A stretch of 56,954 nt of DNA from Octopus bimaculoides (GCF_001194135.2 NC_068984.1:49353946-49410899), one strand, 5' to 3'; counted from the first letter of the stretch, positions 11,533-23,850 are shown. Numbers and translations are program-made. The notes: a model not told the origin generated them from the sequence alone.

Positions 11533-12169
11533 ATATCTCCATCTATTACCCTATCTTACAGCACTCCTAGGTATTTGTATTCCACATTAATCCACGTTGA
11601 CCTAAATAAGTTGACTTGTAATTTTATGTCATCTGAGTTTTTCTTCCAGCCACCTCATAATTAATACTGTACTCCAAACTGCATCCCAGTAGCCTTGCAG
11701 AACACACTATTTGGATCAGAGAATCCAAGTCTTTCTTACTTTTTGTATATAGTTTGAGGTCATCCATAAAAAGCATGTGATTTATTTTCACCTTGATTTT
11801 GATAAAATTATAGGCAGGCCAGGATTTCTCAGTATACTTGTCAGAGCAAGGCTCCCTAGAAAATGCCCCTGTATATTTTTACATTTCCTAGTGATTCATT
11901 TATATATGACAATTCTACTTCCCACACTCTCTCTGCTTCTTTGAAAAGCTATTTGTCTTATTAACTCCAAGTGTTTTCAGGCACTCGAAGAGCTAGCAGT
12001 GTGGAATGTTGTTGTAAGCCTTCCTGTAATTTATCTAGCCAACAGCTAAACTCTTCTTTTTTACTTGTATTTCATCCAGTATCCTACTATCTATATACAG
12101 CAGATCAGCAGTTATTATCATTATCATCCCATGATGTCCAGATGGAGGTAAAACAAGAATAAATCCTTG

Positions 12170-12590
12170 CCCCCTTTACTGTTTAACATTTACCTGGTGG
12201 CTGTAACCCTTCTTTCCAGTTCACTGAAGAAGACAGAATTCATATAATGGCAGCATCTTTAACACTCACTGCCTGAAAACCAAATCAAAAATCACTCTCA
12301 AATGTACAGGATCAGTTTGCTGATGATTCAACTGTACCAGCTCATATCTTCACTTCTTTTCAGCATATGCTGATTTCAATGAAGACTTCTGATTCTCAGC
12401 TCAGTCTGCGAGTAAATCATAAAAAAACTGATGTACTCCAATTATCTACCCCCTGTTCTCCCCCCCCCTCACTTCAGCCTGTCCTTATTGATGATGATCC
12501 TCTACTGCAGGCAGAATCAAACTGCTACCTTGGAAGCACAATCTCTAACACTGGACTCCTTGATGAGGAGATACTCTGTCAGATCAACTT
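12170..12590 (+). mobile_element. RTE-BovB-like LINE RT fragment
   Basis: PLLFNIYL..QFADDS..LRVNHKKTDVL..CYLGSTISNTGLLDEEI. Confidence 0.75.
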
Positions 12591-12735
12591 GACCACTAGA
12601 AAAATTTCGATTTATTGAGCTATTTGTGTACCCACCCTCTTTTATGAGTCAGAGGATCAATGTCTTGGATCAACATTGTCATTACCTTTGATGGGCTGTC
12701 ATGAGTAAGTAAGCAAGCAAGCATCATTATCATCC

Positions 12736-12772
<37 letters not shown>

Positions 12773-12774
12773 CA

Positions 12775-12881
12775 TTGAAGCCAGCAAGCTGGCAGAAACG
12801 TTAGCATGCTGGGAAAAATACTTTGCGGCAATTAATACATCTTTACATTCTAAGTTCAAATTCCTCTGAGGTCAACTTTGC
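12775..12881 (+). mobile_element. SINE family A head (3'-truncated)
   Basis: gcaagctggcagaaacgttagcatgc..taagttcaaattcctctgaggtcaactttgcc, preceded by (ATT)n. Confidence 0.8.
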
Positions 12882-13085
12882 CGATGCTGTCAGTAAGGTG
12901 AGGGTTGGCAATGAGAACAGTGAAGAATTCCGGGTAGAGGTAGGGGTCCACCAAGGTTCAGTCCTCATCCCCCTCCTATTTATCATAGTCCTCCAGGCAA
13001 TAACAAAGGAATTCAAGACAGGCTGCCCCTGGGAGCTCCTATATGCTGATGACCTTGCTCTAATTGCTGAATCACTATCAGAACT
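12882..13085 (+). mobile_element. RTE LINE RT core fragment (YADD)
   Basis: DAVSKVRVGNENSEEFRVEVGVHQGSVLIPLLFIIVLQAITKEFKTGCPWELLYADDLALIAES, uninterrupted. Confidence 0.9.
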
Positions 13086-13089
13086 TGTC

Positions 13090-13480
13090 TTCGATATTAT
13101 TCAGGCAAGCCTTCTTTGCCTTTTATTTGAGGTTTTTTGCATCAGTGATAGGTTTGTCACTATCTGGATCTCTTTGGTCTTTCTAATTGTTACTTTCTAA
13201 ATCAGGAAAAGCAATGGTAGGTCTGTCAGTATTTAGGTGTCTGTGGTCATCATTGTTAACTTGTAGGCCATGAGACTTTTTAAATTTCTGACTAAGCTTC
13301 ATGAACGGAGCTTGCTTTGAATCTTCATACTTCAGTGCAATTCATAAGAGCACATCACTTGTTGTATTAAGGTACATTTTCAGGCCTATTATTGCTGATT
13401 TGAAGGTTTGTTTGAGCTGTATCAGGCCTCTTCCACCTATTTTTCTTGGGAGATAAAACATGTCTACATCTGATTTTATT
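13090..13480 (-). mobile_element. R4/Dong LINE fragment (post-RT)
   Basis: Minus translation DVDMFYLPRKIGGRGLIQLKQTFKSAIIGLKMYL. Confidence 0.8.
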
Positions 13481-13507
13481 ATTATTATTATTATTATTAT
13501 TAAAGTG

Positions 13508-14155
13508 AAGGTAGCGAGCTGGTAGAATTGTTAGCATGCTGAGTAAAATACTTAGTAGCATTTCATCCATCTTTACAATCGAAGTTCAAATTCCTCTAAG
13601 GTCAACTTTGCCTTTTATGCTTTCAGGGTTTATGAAATATGTACCAGTAGAGCACTGGGGTTAATGTAATCAACTTACCCCTCCCCTAAAATTTCTGGCC
13701 TTGTGCCAAAACTTGAAACCATTCTTACATTCTTAGCATTATTAAAGGCAGTGAACAGGCAGAATAGTTACCATATAAGACAAAATGTTTAGTGGCTTCT
13801 GGGGTCGACTGAATTCATGTGCTTCTGGTGTCAACTTTGTCTTCTGTCCCTTTTGGGTTGTCGATAAAACAGGTACTAGATGAGCACTGTTGTCAACGTA
13901 ATCGATTTATTGACCACCCTGAAATGGCTGGTCTTGTGCCAAAATTTGAAATTATTATTATTAAGGAGGTGAGCTGGCAGAAACATTAGCTCAACAAACA
14001 AAATGCAGTCTGAACTCAGATTTTGCTGAGATCAACTTTGCCATTCATCCTTCATAGTCAATGAAATAAGTACCTGTCAAGGACTGGGGTCAATGAAATC
14101 AACTAACCCTCCTCCCTCAAATTTCAGGCTTTGTGTCTATAACAGAAAATATTAT
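13508..14155 (+). mobile_element. Three head-to-tail diverged SINE family A copies (~13508-13722, 13743-13955, 13962-14155)
   Basis: Each has gagctggcagaa-like head, caactttg(c/t)c core and ttgtg(c/t)c tail; separated by short ATT-rich spacers. Confidence 0.85.
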
Positions 14156-14189
14156 TTAGGGCCAAACCACCACCATAAATATTAACAAC

Positions 14190-14415
14190 AACAATAATAA
14201 TAATACTCCGCATGGAATTACATGGTCAGTTCTACCATGAAACTAACAACTTAAAAGACTAGAAAGCATCATGAAGGTGGCTCAGCAAGGGTGACCTAAA
14301 AAAGAAGACTGAAAGCCTTATTATCTCTACCCAGGATCAGACACCGAATACCAACTCAGTGAACAGGGATATGTACCACATAAGTACAATGAGCCTCTGC
14401 AGAATGTGTTGTTGA
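14190..14415 (+). mobile_element. R4/Dong LINE fragment (pre-zinc-knuckle)
   Basis: MELHGQFYHE..WLSKGDLKKKTESLIISTQDQ..LCRMC; begins right after (AAC)(AAT)n. Confidence 0.75.
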
Positions 14416-14509
14416 TGTATGGCTGTGTAGTCAATGGCACTAGAGAGCATAAAGATTTAAAAAATCATGGCCTCTGTCTTTCTTCCTCTCCATTACCTTG
14501 AAATATAGT

Positions 14510-15895
14510 GTTAATCTCTGACATATATTCTGAAAAAATCTAGGCCAGCTTATCAACTTACTTATACCAGGATGAAAATATGTCACCTGCTGTATATGAA
14601 TAACTTCAACCTATACATATCAAATGCAAAAAACCTGGATTCTCTAATCCAAACAGTAAGAAAATTTAGCAAAGATATTGGTATGCAGTTTAGGGCAGAT
14701 AAGTGTGCAGGTTTAATTACTATCAAGGTCAATAAATTAAACTGAAAGTATAAAGATCCCCCAAGATGACATCATTAGATTGCTGGAAGATAATGAATGA
14801 TACAAGTATCTAAGGGTGCTACAGGACGATGAGGTACTAGAAAGAGAAATGAGAGAGGAAGTCTCTAAAGAGTACAAAAGAAAGATTAAGAAGTTGCATG
14901 AAACAAAAGTAAATGGAGTGAATGTTATCCAAGCAATCACTACATGGGTTATGCTAGTACTGAAACACTCTGCTCCTTTTATAAAGTGGACACACACAGA
15001 GTTACAGAAATTAAACAAAACTATGAAGCTGCTCTCAATGCACAACATGCACTGCCCTAAAAGTAATAACAAACGACTCTAGTTACCAAGAAATGAAGAA
15101 AGTAGTTTATTAAATGCAGACGATACCATCAGTACTGCAATGTTAGGTTTGTGAGTAGTGATGAAAGAATACTGTCAGCAGTAGGAAATTTACAGAACAA
15201 ACGTCAGTGAAACAGTAAGACATTTCATGAACAGAAGGAAGAACAACTTTTGATGTGGGAAGTAAAGAATGCTGGCTGTGGTTGACAAGAGGAAACCTGA
15301 AATAAGAAATCGAATCACTAATTATAGCCACCCAGGAATATGCCATTACAATGAACTTGATAAAGACTAAAATGAATAAAACTATGTCAGAGATCAAGTG
15401 CAGAATATATAGGAAAGGAGATGAAAGTATCAACCATCTAGCAGTAAGATAAAATATAAAGTGTGTAAGTGCAGGCGTAACTATGCTGGTAAAAGAGTGC
15501 ATTGGAATGTTAGCATGATAGTTAATGATTGTTACAAGATTTTATGCAATTTCTCTATAGGCACTATTGAAGCAACAAGGTCAGATATGATAGTTGAGGA
15601 CAAAGAGATAAATGGTGTAAGATCGTAGATTTTAGAATATCATGGAAATTGAGTTGATATCAACGAATATAAGAGAATTGAGGAATATCAGGGCCCAAAT
15701 ATTGTGCTTCCTGTGGTAATTGGTGCACTTGACGCAACACCCAAATTGCTCCCTACAAGGCTGAAGAATAATGAGATTGGGTACCGCATTGTTGACCTAA
15801 AGGGAAGCACCATCCTGTATTCTGCAAGAGCCCTCAGAAAGATTCTTGAAATTTGAGATTTGTTACCACCAAATCTCACAGTGTAATATTTTTGA
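14510..15895 (+). mobile_element. 5'-truncated R4/Dong LINE (RT to RLE C-terminus), decayed
   Basis: HLLYMNNFNLY..DSLIQTVRKFSKDIGMQF; SKEYKRKIKKLHETKVNGVNVIQAITTW..; WLWLTRGNLK; PVVIGAL..TILYSARALRKILEI* (stop 15854-15856), then (AAC)n. Confidence 0.9.
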
Positions 15896-15989
15896 ACAAC
15901 AACAGCAACAACAATTAATTCTTTTATTAGCCACAAGGGCTCACATAAAACAAAAGAGCAAGAGCCCTTCTCCTTAAATTCCCTCTTTA

Positions 15990-18778
15990 CAGGTACACGC
16001 TCAGAATTGGTCCTTTCACACTGGTCATTTTCCAACACTCACCCACCTTTCAACAAACTTGCTAGAAAGCAACACTTCCCTCTCCACCCTCAACTTCCTT
16101 TTCAAGTGAAACTTGAAAAACTTGATGAGGGCTTGCCAAAAGAGGAAAGCATCTGCTTTTGTCCCTTTCAAATGGGTCCCCCATACTACTACCTCTTTCA
16201 GTACAACCACTAGACAAATAAAACTGCCTGCCCCTCTCGGGCCAAAACAAGGGGGCGGGGCAATCTTCATAATGGATTCAGCTGGTAGCCGGATCCATTC
16301 TAATGCGACAGCAGGTGTTCGGCATAAACCCATAGGTCAGCAATACTTGGGCCCTGAACTAGGGCATGCAGAAAAGTTTCATCCTTCTGGGCATATCTAG
16401 AGCAGGTCCAGCTGACGGCACTTCCGTGTCTGTAAAGTTTATCTCGAATAGGCGGCACTTCGTGACAGCACTGCCAGGCAAGGAAGGGATTTCTGGAAGT
16501 TATCCATAGGCCCAGTCCCAAAAGTTATCCGAAACAGACCGGTTAGTTGATCTTCATTGACACCTAGAGTTTCTCCGAGAACGTTGTCACACTTTCCCTG
16601 CACTAGCCCTCTATAGAACGCTAGAGTGGAACTACTACTGACCACATTTCCCACCTGGCAGAGGGCTGTGAGTGCTTGACAGCACTTGAGGTGCCAAGAG
16701 CTCCTCCTCGGTCTATACCTAATCCAGGTTTGAAGCTCAGTCAAAGAAACAATATTTGGAAAAGTGTACCTGACAAATGGTGACCACACCTGCTCACTGT
16801 CAAGGAAACGCTGGAGATGCTGCAACCTCAGCACATGTCTGTGCATCAGTAACCATGGCATGCCCAAGTCTCCATTCAGCGGCTATTGACAGCAGATGGA
16901 GCGCGTGACCAGTGGAAAGCGCCTCTTCCACAGAAAGCGGAAGAGTAAGCACACCAGTTTGGCCAACCAGCAAACGGTAAAGCAGTAATAGATGATGGAT
17001 GCAATGTACGCATTTGTCACCTCCGCTCGACCTTTCAGAGACAGCTTCCTCTCGACCCACTTCTGAGTGACATTGGCTACCCTGCTCGTCACCTCGTTCC
17101 AGTTTTTCTGCACCTGGAGGTCTGGACCAAACCAGACTCTAAGCAATTTAACCTGACCGTCTGTCTAGCGCCCCACGACGTTGATGAATGACGTGGACTT
17201 TCCTCTCCAAGTACCGAGTTGCAAACTCACTAACATTTTCGCGTTAATTTTTTCTCCTGTCACCGGTTCATATTTTTTTAGTGTGTTGCCAATTAGATCT
17301 ACATGCCTGTGGCTTGACACTATGACGGTGACATCGCCAGCGTAGGCAGACACACTTCTCCCACATCCTAGATCCCGCAGAACACCCCTCAAAGTCTTCC
17401 AACTCCCGCAGTAATGGAACAGTACATACAGAAGGGAGGAGAAAGGGAACTCTTGATGGACCGAACGCAAGATGCTGAAAGGCTCCGACAGGTGACCATT
17501 CACCCGGACAACCGAGCAGATGCCGCTGTACAAAGCAGCGATCCAATCGCGGAAAACTGGACCAAAACCGGCTGCCTTGAGGATAGCTGCCAAGTATTGA
17601 TGGTCGACCCTATCCGTCTTACTATTCGTTCCGAACAGTCGAGCAAAGTGCTGCTGAAAAGCCGCACACATCTGTTTCGGTTCGAACACCTTGCATCCGT
17701 TTTGATCCACCAAATACCGAATGGTGGCTTTATTTCCACTTTCCGCCTCCGCTACGCGGGAGCATCGTAACGTTTCGTTCTCTCCCCGCTTAGTGAACGT
17801 ACCTTAGCTTTGACAACGCAACCTTCGTGTTTGCGTTGAAAAATTGGTCGAGGGCCAACTTCGCTGCCAACACGCCGGTTACGATGTCTGTTCTAAGCGG
17901 CTCTTCTGACTTTCTAACTAAATCTCCCTCTATTCTATTTCGTTCTATCCCTAATACCTTGCTAAACCTAAGTGATTCTACTCTTATTGCTCTTTTAAGA
18001 GCAAACCACCAGCTGTTGTTGACGATTGCCCCCACTCAACGTCCGCTTAACTAATTCGCTAATTCGGTCTCTGTAAGCTTGACACGCCGGTAACGATGTG
18101 TTCAGCCCACGTGTGTAACCGACCATGTAAAACTGTGAACACCTTATGCTAGCCTTGTTCGCTGGCCTACAAAATGTCCTACCTAAATACGATCTAGATA
18201 GTCCGATGCAGTTTGTCCAAGTCCATACTGGCACATTCGAGTAATCTAGTAGTTACCTGTCGGGCAATTGAAAACGTCTGAGCAGGTTTTTGAGGCTTTT
18301 CACACCACTATCAGATATTCCCACGCAATCGCAATCAAAACGTCCATCTAAGACAGCGTTCCAATCTCCTACTAACACTAAAGTCCGAGGCGTTTCCAGG
18401 AAAACCTCCAGACGCTTGAAGTAATCAGACCACCCTGACCCTGTTGGAGCATAGGCAGCCACCATTCTGAAAGCACCGCTGTCACTGCTGTTCAAATCTA
18501 GGACCCCAACTTACCTTCTGGATCCAGGAAGACTGCCTTTATTTTTCTATTCCAGACCCTTCCGGAAAAGCACTGAAGTACCACCACTGCTCCTTCCCGG
18601 CCGACACAGAAATAGAAAAATCTCGTATCCACCGAAAAAGGTGATGAGGTCTCGTGAGTCGGATAATGGCTGAAACATCTACACTAAGGCACCTCAAGTC
18701 ATTTAAATAGTGACCTTGTTTCCAAGGCGACTCGAGGCCCCTCTCATTTATACAACCTATTTTGAGCATCAGCATGTT
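15990..18778 (-). pseudogene. Tx1-type ORF2 (APE endonuclease-RT-C-terminal Cys motif), frameshifted
   Basis: LKIGCINERGL; AAYAPT..LVLVGDWNAVLD; DRVDHQYL..WIAALY..RSVHQEFPFSSLLY..SAYAGDVTVIV; RKLSLKGRAEV; CSRYAQKDETFLHAL. Confidence 0.9.
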
Positions 18779-18789
18779 AAAATGAATTT

Positions 18790-20509
18790 AGGATGGAAAA
18801 GATCTCTACTTACCACTGTTGTCTAGCAGGGCTGTTCTCCTGGTCTTTGGTGTGGGCGTTTCTACGAGGCTTTTTTTCTGTTGGAAAGACTCAGTAGCAT
18901 TTGGGAAGTTGCTTTTCAATGTGGTCTATTTGTTTTTAGTGAGTTTTGCACTTTGTATGTGTGATGGTGGTGCATTGTGAGTAGAGAAGACAAAGTCTGT
19001 TAATGTTGTGTTTGTATTGTCACGTAGATACGTTATTAGGTCTATGTCATTTGTGTTGATGGCAGTGAGGTTGATTGTGTTTGTGGTGTCTGTTTGTATT
19101 GTACACTGTGTTGGTGTTTGATGTGGTAGTGCTGGTGGAGGTGGTGTTGCTGTTATTGGTTGCTGCGTGTGGTTGTTGCTGCTCATGGGAAGTTCCTCCT
19201 GTTTGCGCATACCCCTTTTTTCTTCTATTGTCTTTTTCTTTATTTATTATTTGGGGGAGGAAGGGAGGACAGTCTACCACTCCCCTTCTCGACCTCAGAA
19301 CTCGAACAGTCTGAGTTGTTTGAGTCGAGAAGGGGGATTTTTTCTCTGGGACTAGGTTTTGTTCTGGTTCATCTGTTGCTGCTGCTACTGCTGTAGTAGC
19401 TGTTGATGGTGGTGTTACTGCTACTGGTACTCTGGCTGGTGGTGGTATTCCGGCTGGTGTTTTTGTTGTTGGTGATTCCTTAGCGACGGCTGGAGGCGGC
19501 GTCGCTGTTGCTGCTGGTGATGGTGTTTGGGATGGTTTCTACTGCTATTGTACTGGAGGTGCCCCCATTTCCGGTGTCGGTTGTAGGGTCTGACGCATCT
19601 TCTTATACTTGAGACACTCGACCTTGAGGTGCTAATCGTTTCCACAAAAGTAGCACCTCGGCCTCCTGCTCTCCACAGTCACGTGTAGTCTCGTGCCGTT
19701 CGGTAAGTTTATAGAGCCAGGGATAGAATTTAGGGCCTCTTGTTCAATTTGAACAAGAAGCTCCAACCCCTGACCCTTTCAATTTTGTTGGTGCAATTTA
19801 TGTATCTCCAGTATTGTGATGGTATCCTCTATACCAGAGAGGATAGCCGCCACCAGCCAACATATTTATTTCATGGGGCACCTCCTCAATTTTAATTTTG
19901 GTAACGCGCCGACCAACATATATCGGCACGAGTATAAGATCTTCCGAAAATTGTGGCATTGTGGAATGCTTTCGTGCTTCTTCTTTTGTTGCAAAGCGCA
20001 CTTCTACAGTGCTGAACCGTTTTCCACGTGTCACATATGTTTTATTCTTACAAATTGCTTTCAGAATTAGTTCCAGTTGTTGTTCTGCTGCTCGTTCCAG
20101 TGTTTTTTTATATATATATATACATTTGTACGTTATTGTTTTTCTGTTTGTATCCATAATAATTTCTTGTAGGGTATTTAGTAGACATTATTGCCTTGCC
20201 TCACTAATAGCCTCTTTGAATTTTTAAAAATTCTCTAATGTAACGTTTATCGTTTCTCTTGTTTGTTTCGGGGCGGAAGCGAAACCGTGTGTGTTGGATT
20301 TGTCATTTGCGTTTGTGCATGCATTTTCTTCGTTGTTTTTCTGGTTCATAGCAGTGGTGGTGTTGGAAGTGTTTTCTTTCTTCTTTTTTTTTTTTACCCT
20401 TTTCCATGTTAATGATGGTAGTGGTGTTCATGTTGTGAAGAGGGAGAAAATCAACAGCGTATTGGCTGCTACAACAGCCACTGCCACCTCCCTCGACACA
20501 GGAAGCCAT
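18790..20509 (-). pseudogene. Tx1-type ORF1 (gag-like, CX2CX4HX4C knuckle), disrupted; 3' end approximate
   Basis: ATG at 20509 (MASCVEGG..); STVEVRFATKEEARKH..YVGRRVTKIKIEEVP; knuckle CYFCGND*HLKVEC at 19614-19655; Thr/Pro/Gln-rich tail. Confidence 0.75.
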
Positions 20510-20964
20510 CTTGTTTTTCGTTCGACGAAAAACAAAAATATATTTTTTTAACGGACAAAATGTCCAAAATTCGACTCTAAAAGGAGGGGGCCTTTTAACA
20601 AAAGAACCCCTTAACAATTAACAAAAGAAGCAAACGAGCATCAATCTTCAAAAATTTCAACACAAACAACAACACAGAAGCTCAGAACAACACAGAGCTC
20701 AGAAAAAAGGCATCTTACCTCGCCGACAACAATAATAATAGCAACAAAAATAATAATCATCTCTCCATTGTTCTCAAGGGCTCAAAGAGATACAAGAATA
20801 TGAAACTGTTTCTAGGGGTACAAAGGAAAGTAGAGCGTAAAAACAAGCTTACAAATATGAAAGGGGGTGACTAATAGTGGCCATGCAATATATGAATGGA
20901 CATAATAAAATTTATAGTACATACCTTTCACGAAAAGGTTTTTAAAATACGATAAAAAACAAAA

Positions 20965-21160
20965 TATAATTTTTTTCTACTCTAGGCACAAGGCCCGAAA
21001 TTTTGGGGAGAGGGCTAGTCGATTAGATCGACCCTAATACGCAACTAGTACTTAATTTATCGACCCCGAAAGGACGAAAGGCAAAGTTGACCTCGGTGGA
21101 ATTTGAATTCAGAACGTAAAGACATGCGAAATACCGCCAAGCACTTCGCCCGGCGTGCTA
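20965..21160 (-). mobile_element. SINE family A
   Basis: ggcacaaggcccgaaatt..tttatcgaccccgaaaggacgaaaggcaaagttgacctcggtggaatttgaa. Confidence 0.9.
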
Positions 21161-21789
21161 AGAAACAAGATATAATTAAAAGAATAAAACATGACAAGTT
21201 ACTAGCTAGATTGGATATCAGCACACCACTCCCTACTCATTAACCATTTCTCGAATTGTGTACAAATGCAACCCAATGTACTTGTAACCGACACATTTGA
21301 TGTTGTAAAACTACATCTTCAGAGTATACTCTTTTGTTGTTAGGTTTTATTTTTATTTTTATGAATAATCTGTCATTTGCATGTTCATTATATTCTTGAC
21401 CTAACTGTTTTTTCTGTCATTTTAATTTCTTTGAAAGTTGAAATGGCATCACAGACGCATAATTTTGTCAATTAATTGTTTGATTTTGAATAATGGTAAA
21501 TCTAAGCTTTTCATTTTTTTATTTCTTATTTTCCTAAGAAAGCGTTTCATTGTTGTTTTAAAGAAACTGCTCCACCTCACCTGTTTTCATTATTTTATAT
21601 TGTTCTCTTTTTTGAGAAATTTTCCTTATCTTTTGTGTTTCTCCAACCATCTATAGGTTTTTTGCTGCAACTATTTTGATCTATCGAAATTGAACGGGGC
21701 CCCACTTATGTCCGGTTACTTACACACACACACACTCTCTCTCACTCACTATGATATATCATATGGGATGGAGGTTATTATATATATAT

Positions 21790-22140
21790 AGGTCTGTTCA
21801 GGATGGCACATGTTTGCCCATTACCAATTAGATAATCGATGTGGGACAACGTACGATGGTCTGGCAGTGAAATATAGCAAAAAGTGATGTGGGCGTTTGC
21901 CACTTCTGTTCGACCGTTTAGGGATAGCTTTCTGTTGGCCCATTCCTTGGTGAAACTGGTCACTCTCATCCCCTCATTCTAGTTCTTCTTCACCTGGAGA
22001 TTCGGACCAAACCAAATCAAGAGTAATTTAACTGATCTTTCCAGCTCTTGACAACGCTGATGGACAACATAAACCAGCTTCTCTAGGCACCGAGCTGCAG
22101 GTCCACTGACTTTCCTTGGTTGATATTTTGCTCTTGTAAC
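21790..22140 (-). mobile_element. Second, diverged Tx1-type ORF2 fragment
   Basis: VTSFTKEWANRKLSLNGRTEVANAHI parallels 16883-17146 (VANVTQKWVERKLSLKGRAEVTNAYI). Confidence 0.8.
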
Positions 22141-22194
22141 CACCTTTTAGTCTTTTAGAAGAGTGCCGATCACCTTGATGTACTTGCTAATAAT

Positions 22195-22670
22195 TGTTTC
22201 TGATTCGGCACGAGGCCAATAATTTTGAGAGGAGGAGTTAGTCAATACCACTGTCCCCAGAGCTTGACTGTTCTTTATGTTATCAACCTTGAAAGGATGA
22301 AAGGCAAAGTCGACCTCGGTAGGAATCGAACTCAGAACGTTGTAAGTCATAAGAAATAGTGCAAGGCATTTCGTCTAATACTCTAACCATCCTGCCAATC
22401 CACTAATGGTTCCTAATTCATGCATAAGGCTAACAATTTTGACCCCAGTACTTGACTAGTGCTTTATTTTATCTACCCTGGAACAATAAAAGGCAAACTT
22501 TCCTCTTTAAAATCAACGTCAAAAGAGGAGTTAGTCAATTACGCCGACTTCAGTTTTTAACTTGTACTTTATTTTATTGACTCTGAAAAGATCAAAGGCA
22601 AAGTTGATCGGTGGGTTTTGAACTCAGAATATAAAAGCTGTAACTAAATGCTGCAAGTATTTTGACCGAT
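22195..22670 (-). mobile_element. Cluster of 2-3 partial SINE family A copies
   Basis: Repeated aaaggcaaa(g/c)t cores near 22300, 22490 and 22595. Confidence 0.75.
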
Positions 22671-23619
22671 GTATCTTGTGCATTCTAGATTAAAATTTTC
22701 ACTGAGGCAGTTTTGTTTCCATTTTTTTCTGAGTCTACAAAATAAGTACCAGTATTATCCTTGAAAGATATTACACTTTTCCTCTACTGATTTAAAAGCT
22801 AAAGTGAATGTTCGAGTCCACAAACGAATAGGGGAGTGCTGTAATCAACTAAATATAATCAATAACAGTAATTAGATGACAGGATCTTATCTTACTCTTC
22901 TAATGTCACTTGAAGAATGAGAGAAAAAAGTCAATGCTGATAAGATTTGTACCTGAAGCATACCAGGACAAAGGTGCTTCATTCAACACTCGACTACAGT
23001 TGCATTTCATTTAGCACGATCATTTGTATGTTCATACAAGAATAATTATGACCATCACTATATCATGTCATACTCAGCAGCCAAATCCCCCTTAAGTAAC
23101 ATCCTACCAGTTTAGAAAAGATCACATTTGCTAACGTGGCTCTGACTGGTTTTAACTCATAAAAATAAAGATAGAATGGTCACAGAGTTCCTTTCACCAC
23201 AAATATGTCCCACTGGGACTAACCTAGAACAAAAAAAAAGAAAAACACAACTACAGCTGAAAAAGTAGATATGTGGACAGTGCTAGTCATTCGGCTGTCA
23301 ACCTATGTGTAATAACATTTTTTCAATGAGAGCTAACCTGGGGCTACTCAACAAGAACCACTATTTCACAAAATTATCATAGTCAATTATAATTTGCAAC
23401 TCTATATTATATTCACCATCTCCATCTCTATTACAATTTTGTAACACCTTTACCACTACTAACATTTACATATCATCGCTACTATTTTTGATACACTCTA
23501 CTCTGGAGACATCCAAGTACCGATTCCAATAGAATTCCGATATCACAACCATCATTATATTGCTACCGAGTTTTATAAACTTTGAGCATTGTCAATTATC
23601 ACCAACAAACATCCCAGTA

Positions 23620-23850
23620 TCCAGATGCACAAGGAGTTTCCTCAACCAACTAGAAATTGTAGCCGTTTCCCCCTCAAATCACATCTTACTGTCTGGGAAA
23701 ATGTAAAGGATACATTGGATGACGTGACCTGAAAAATACTACGCCAAAAAAAAAATTGAAAGAAGTGGGATAGTCATGGTGGCAATGCCATTTATTAAAG
23801 TCTGTTTGATCAAAGCTGACCATGAGTTAAATAATAACAGCAACAAATAC
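23620..23850 (+). repeat. Dispersed repeat family G (probable SINE 3' part ending (AAC)n); related copies ~23060-23360, 25620-25830, 42790-43010(-), 43130-43340(-), 46270-46375, 48760-48920, 55920-56110
   Basis: Shared ctagaaat..ccctcaaatcaca..gat(g)gtca.gg..gatcaaagctgacc motifs. Confidence 0.6.

Larger units (their letters stand above)
9420..12100 (-). mobile_element. Decayed R4/Dong LINE (RT to RLE), interrupted by three younger insertions
   Basis: Collinear minus-strand motifs: INYRKAYNNIPH (~12020), INHMLFMDDLKLY (~11770), EYKYLGVL (~11570), RIRKVLET (~11085), DRFYLPRKDGG (~10510), GNLKQETEVLII (~10250), CRICQKRDKSINHLLSEC (~10140), ILWDFSLKTDH (~9940), IEDTINQSCKVIDF (~9450). Confidence 0.85.
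15916..20725 (-). mobile_element. Near-full-length L1/Tx1-clade LINE, decayed, with internal RT deletion
   Basis: 5' UTR, ORF1 with CCHC knuckle, ORF2 with APE and RT, AATAAA near 15922-15927 on the minus strand; possible TSD ACAACAAT at 15908-15915 and 20726-20733. Confidence 0.9.
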
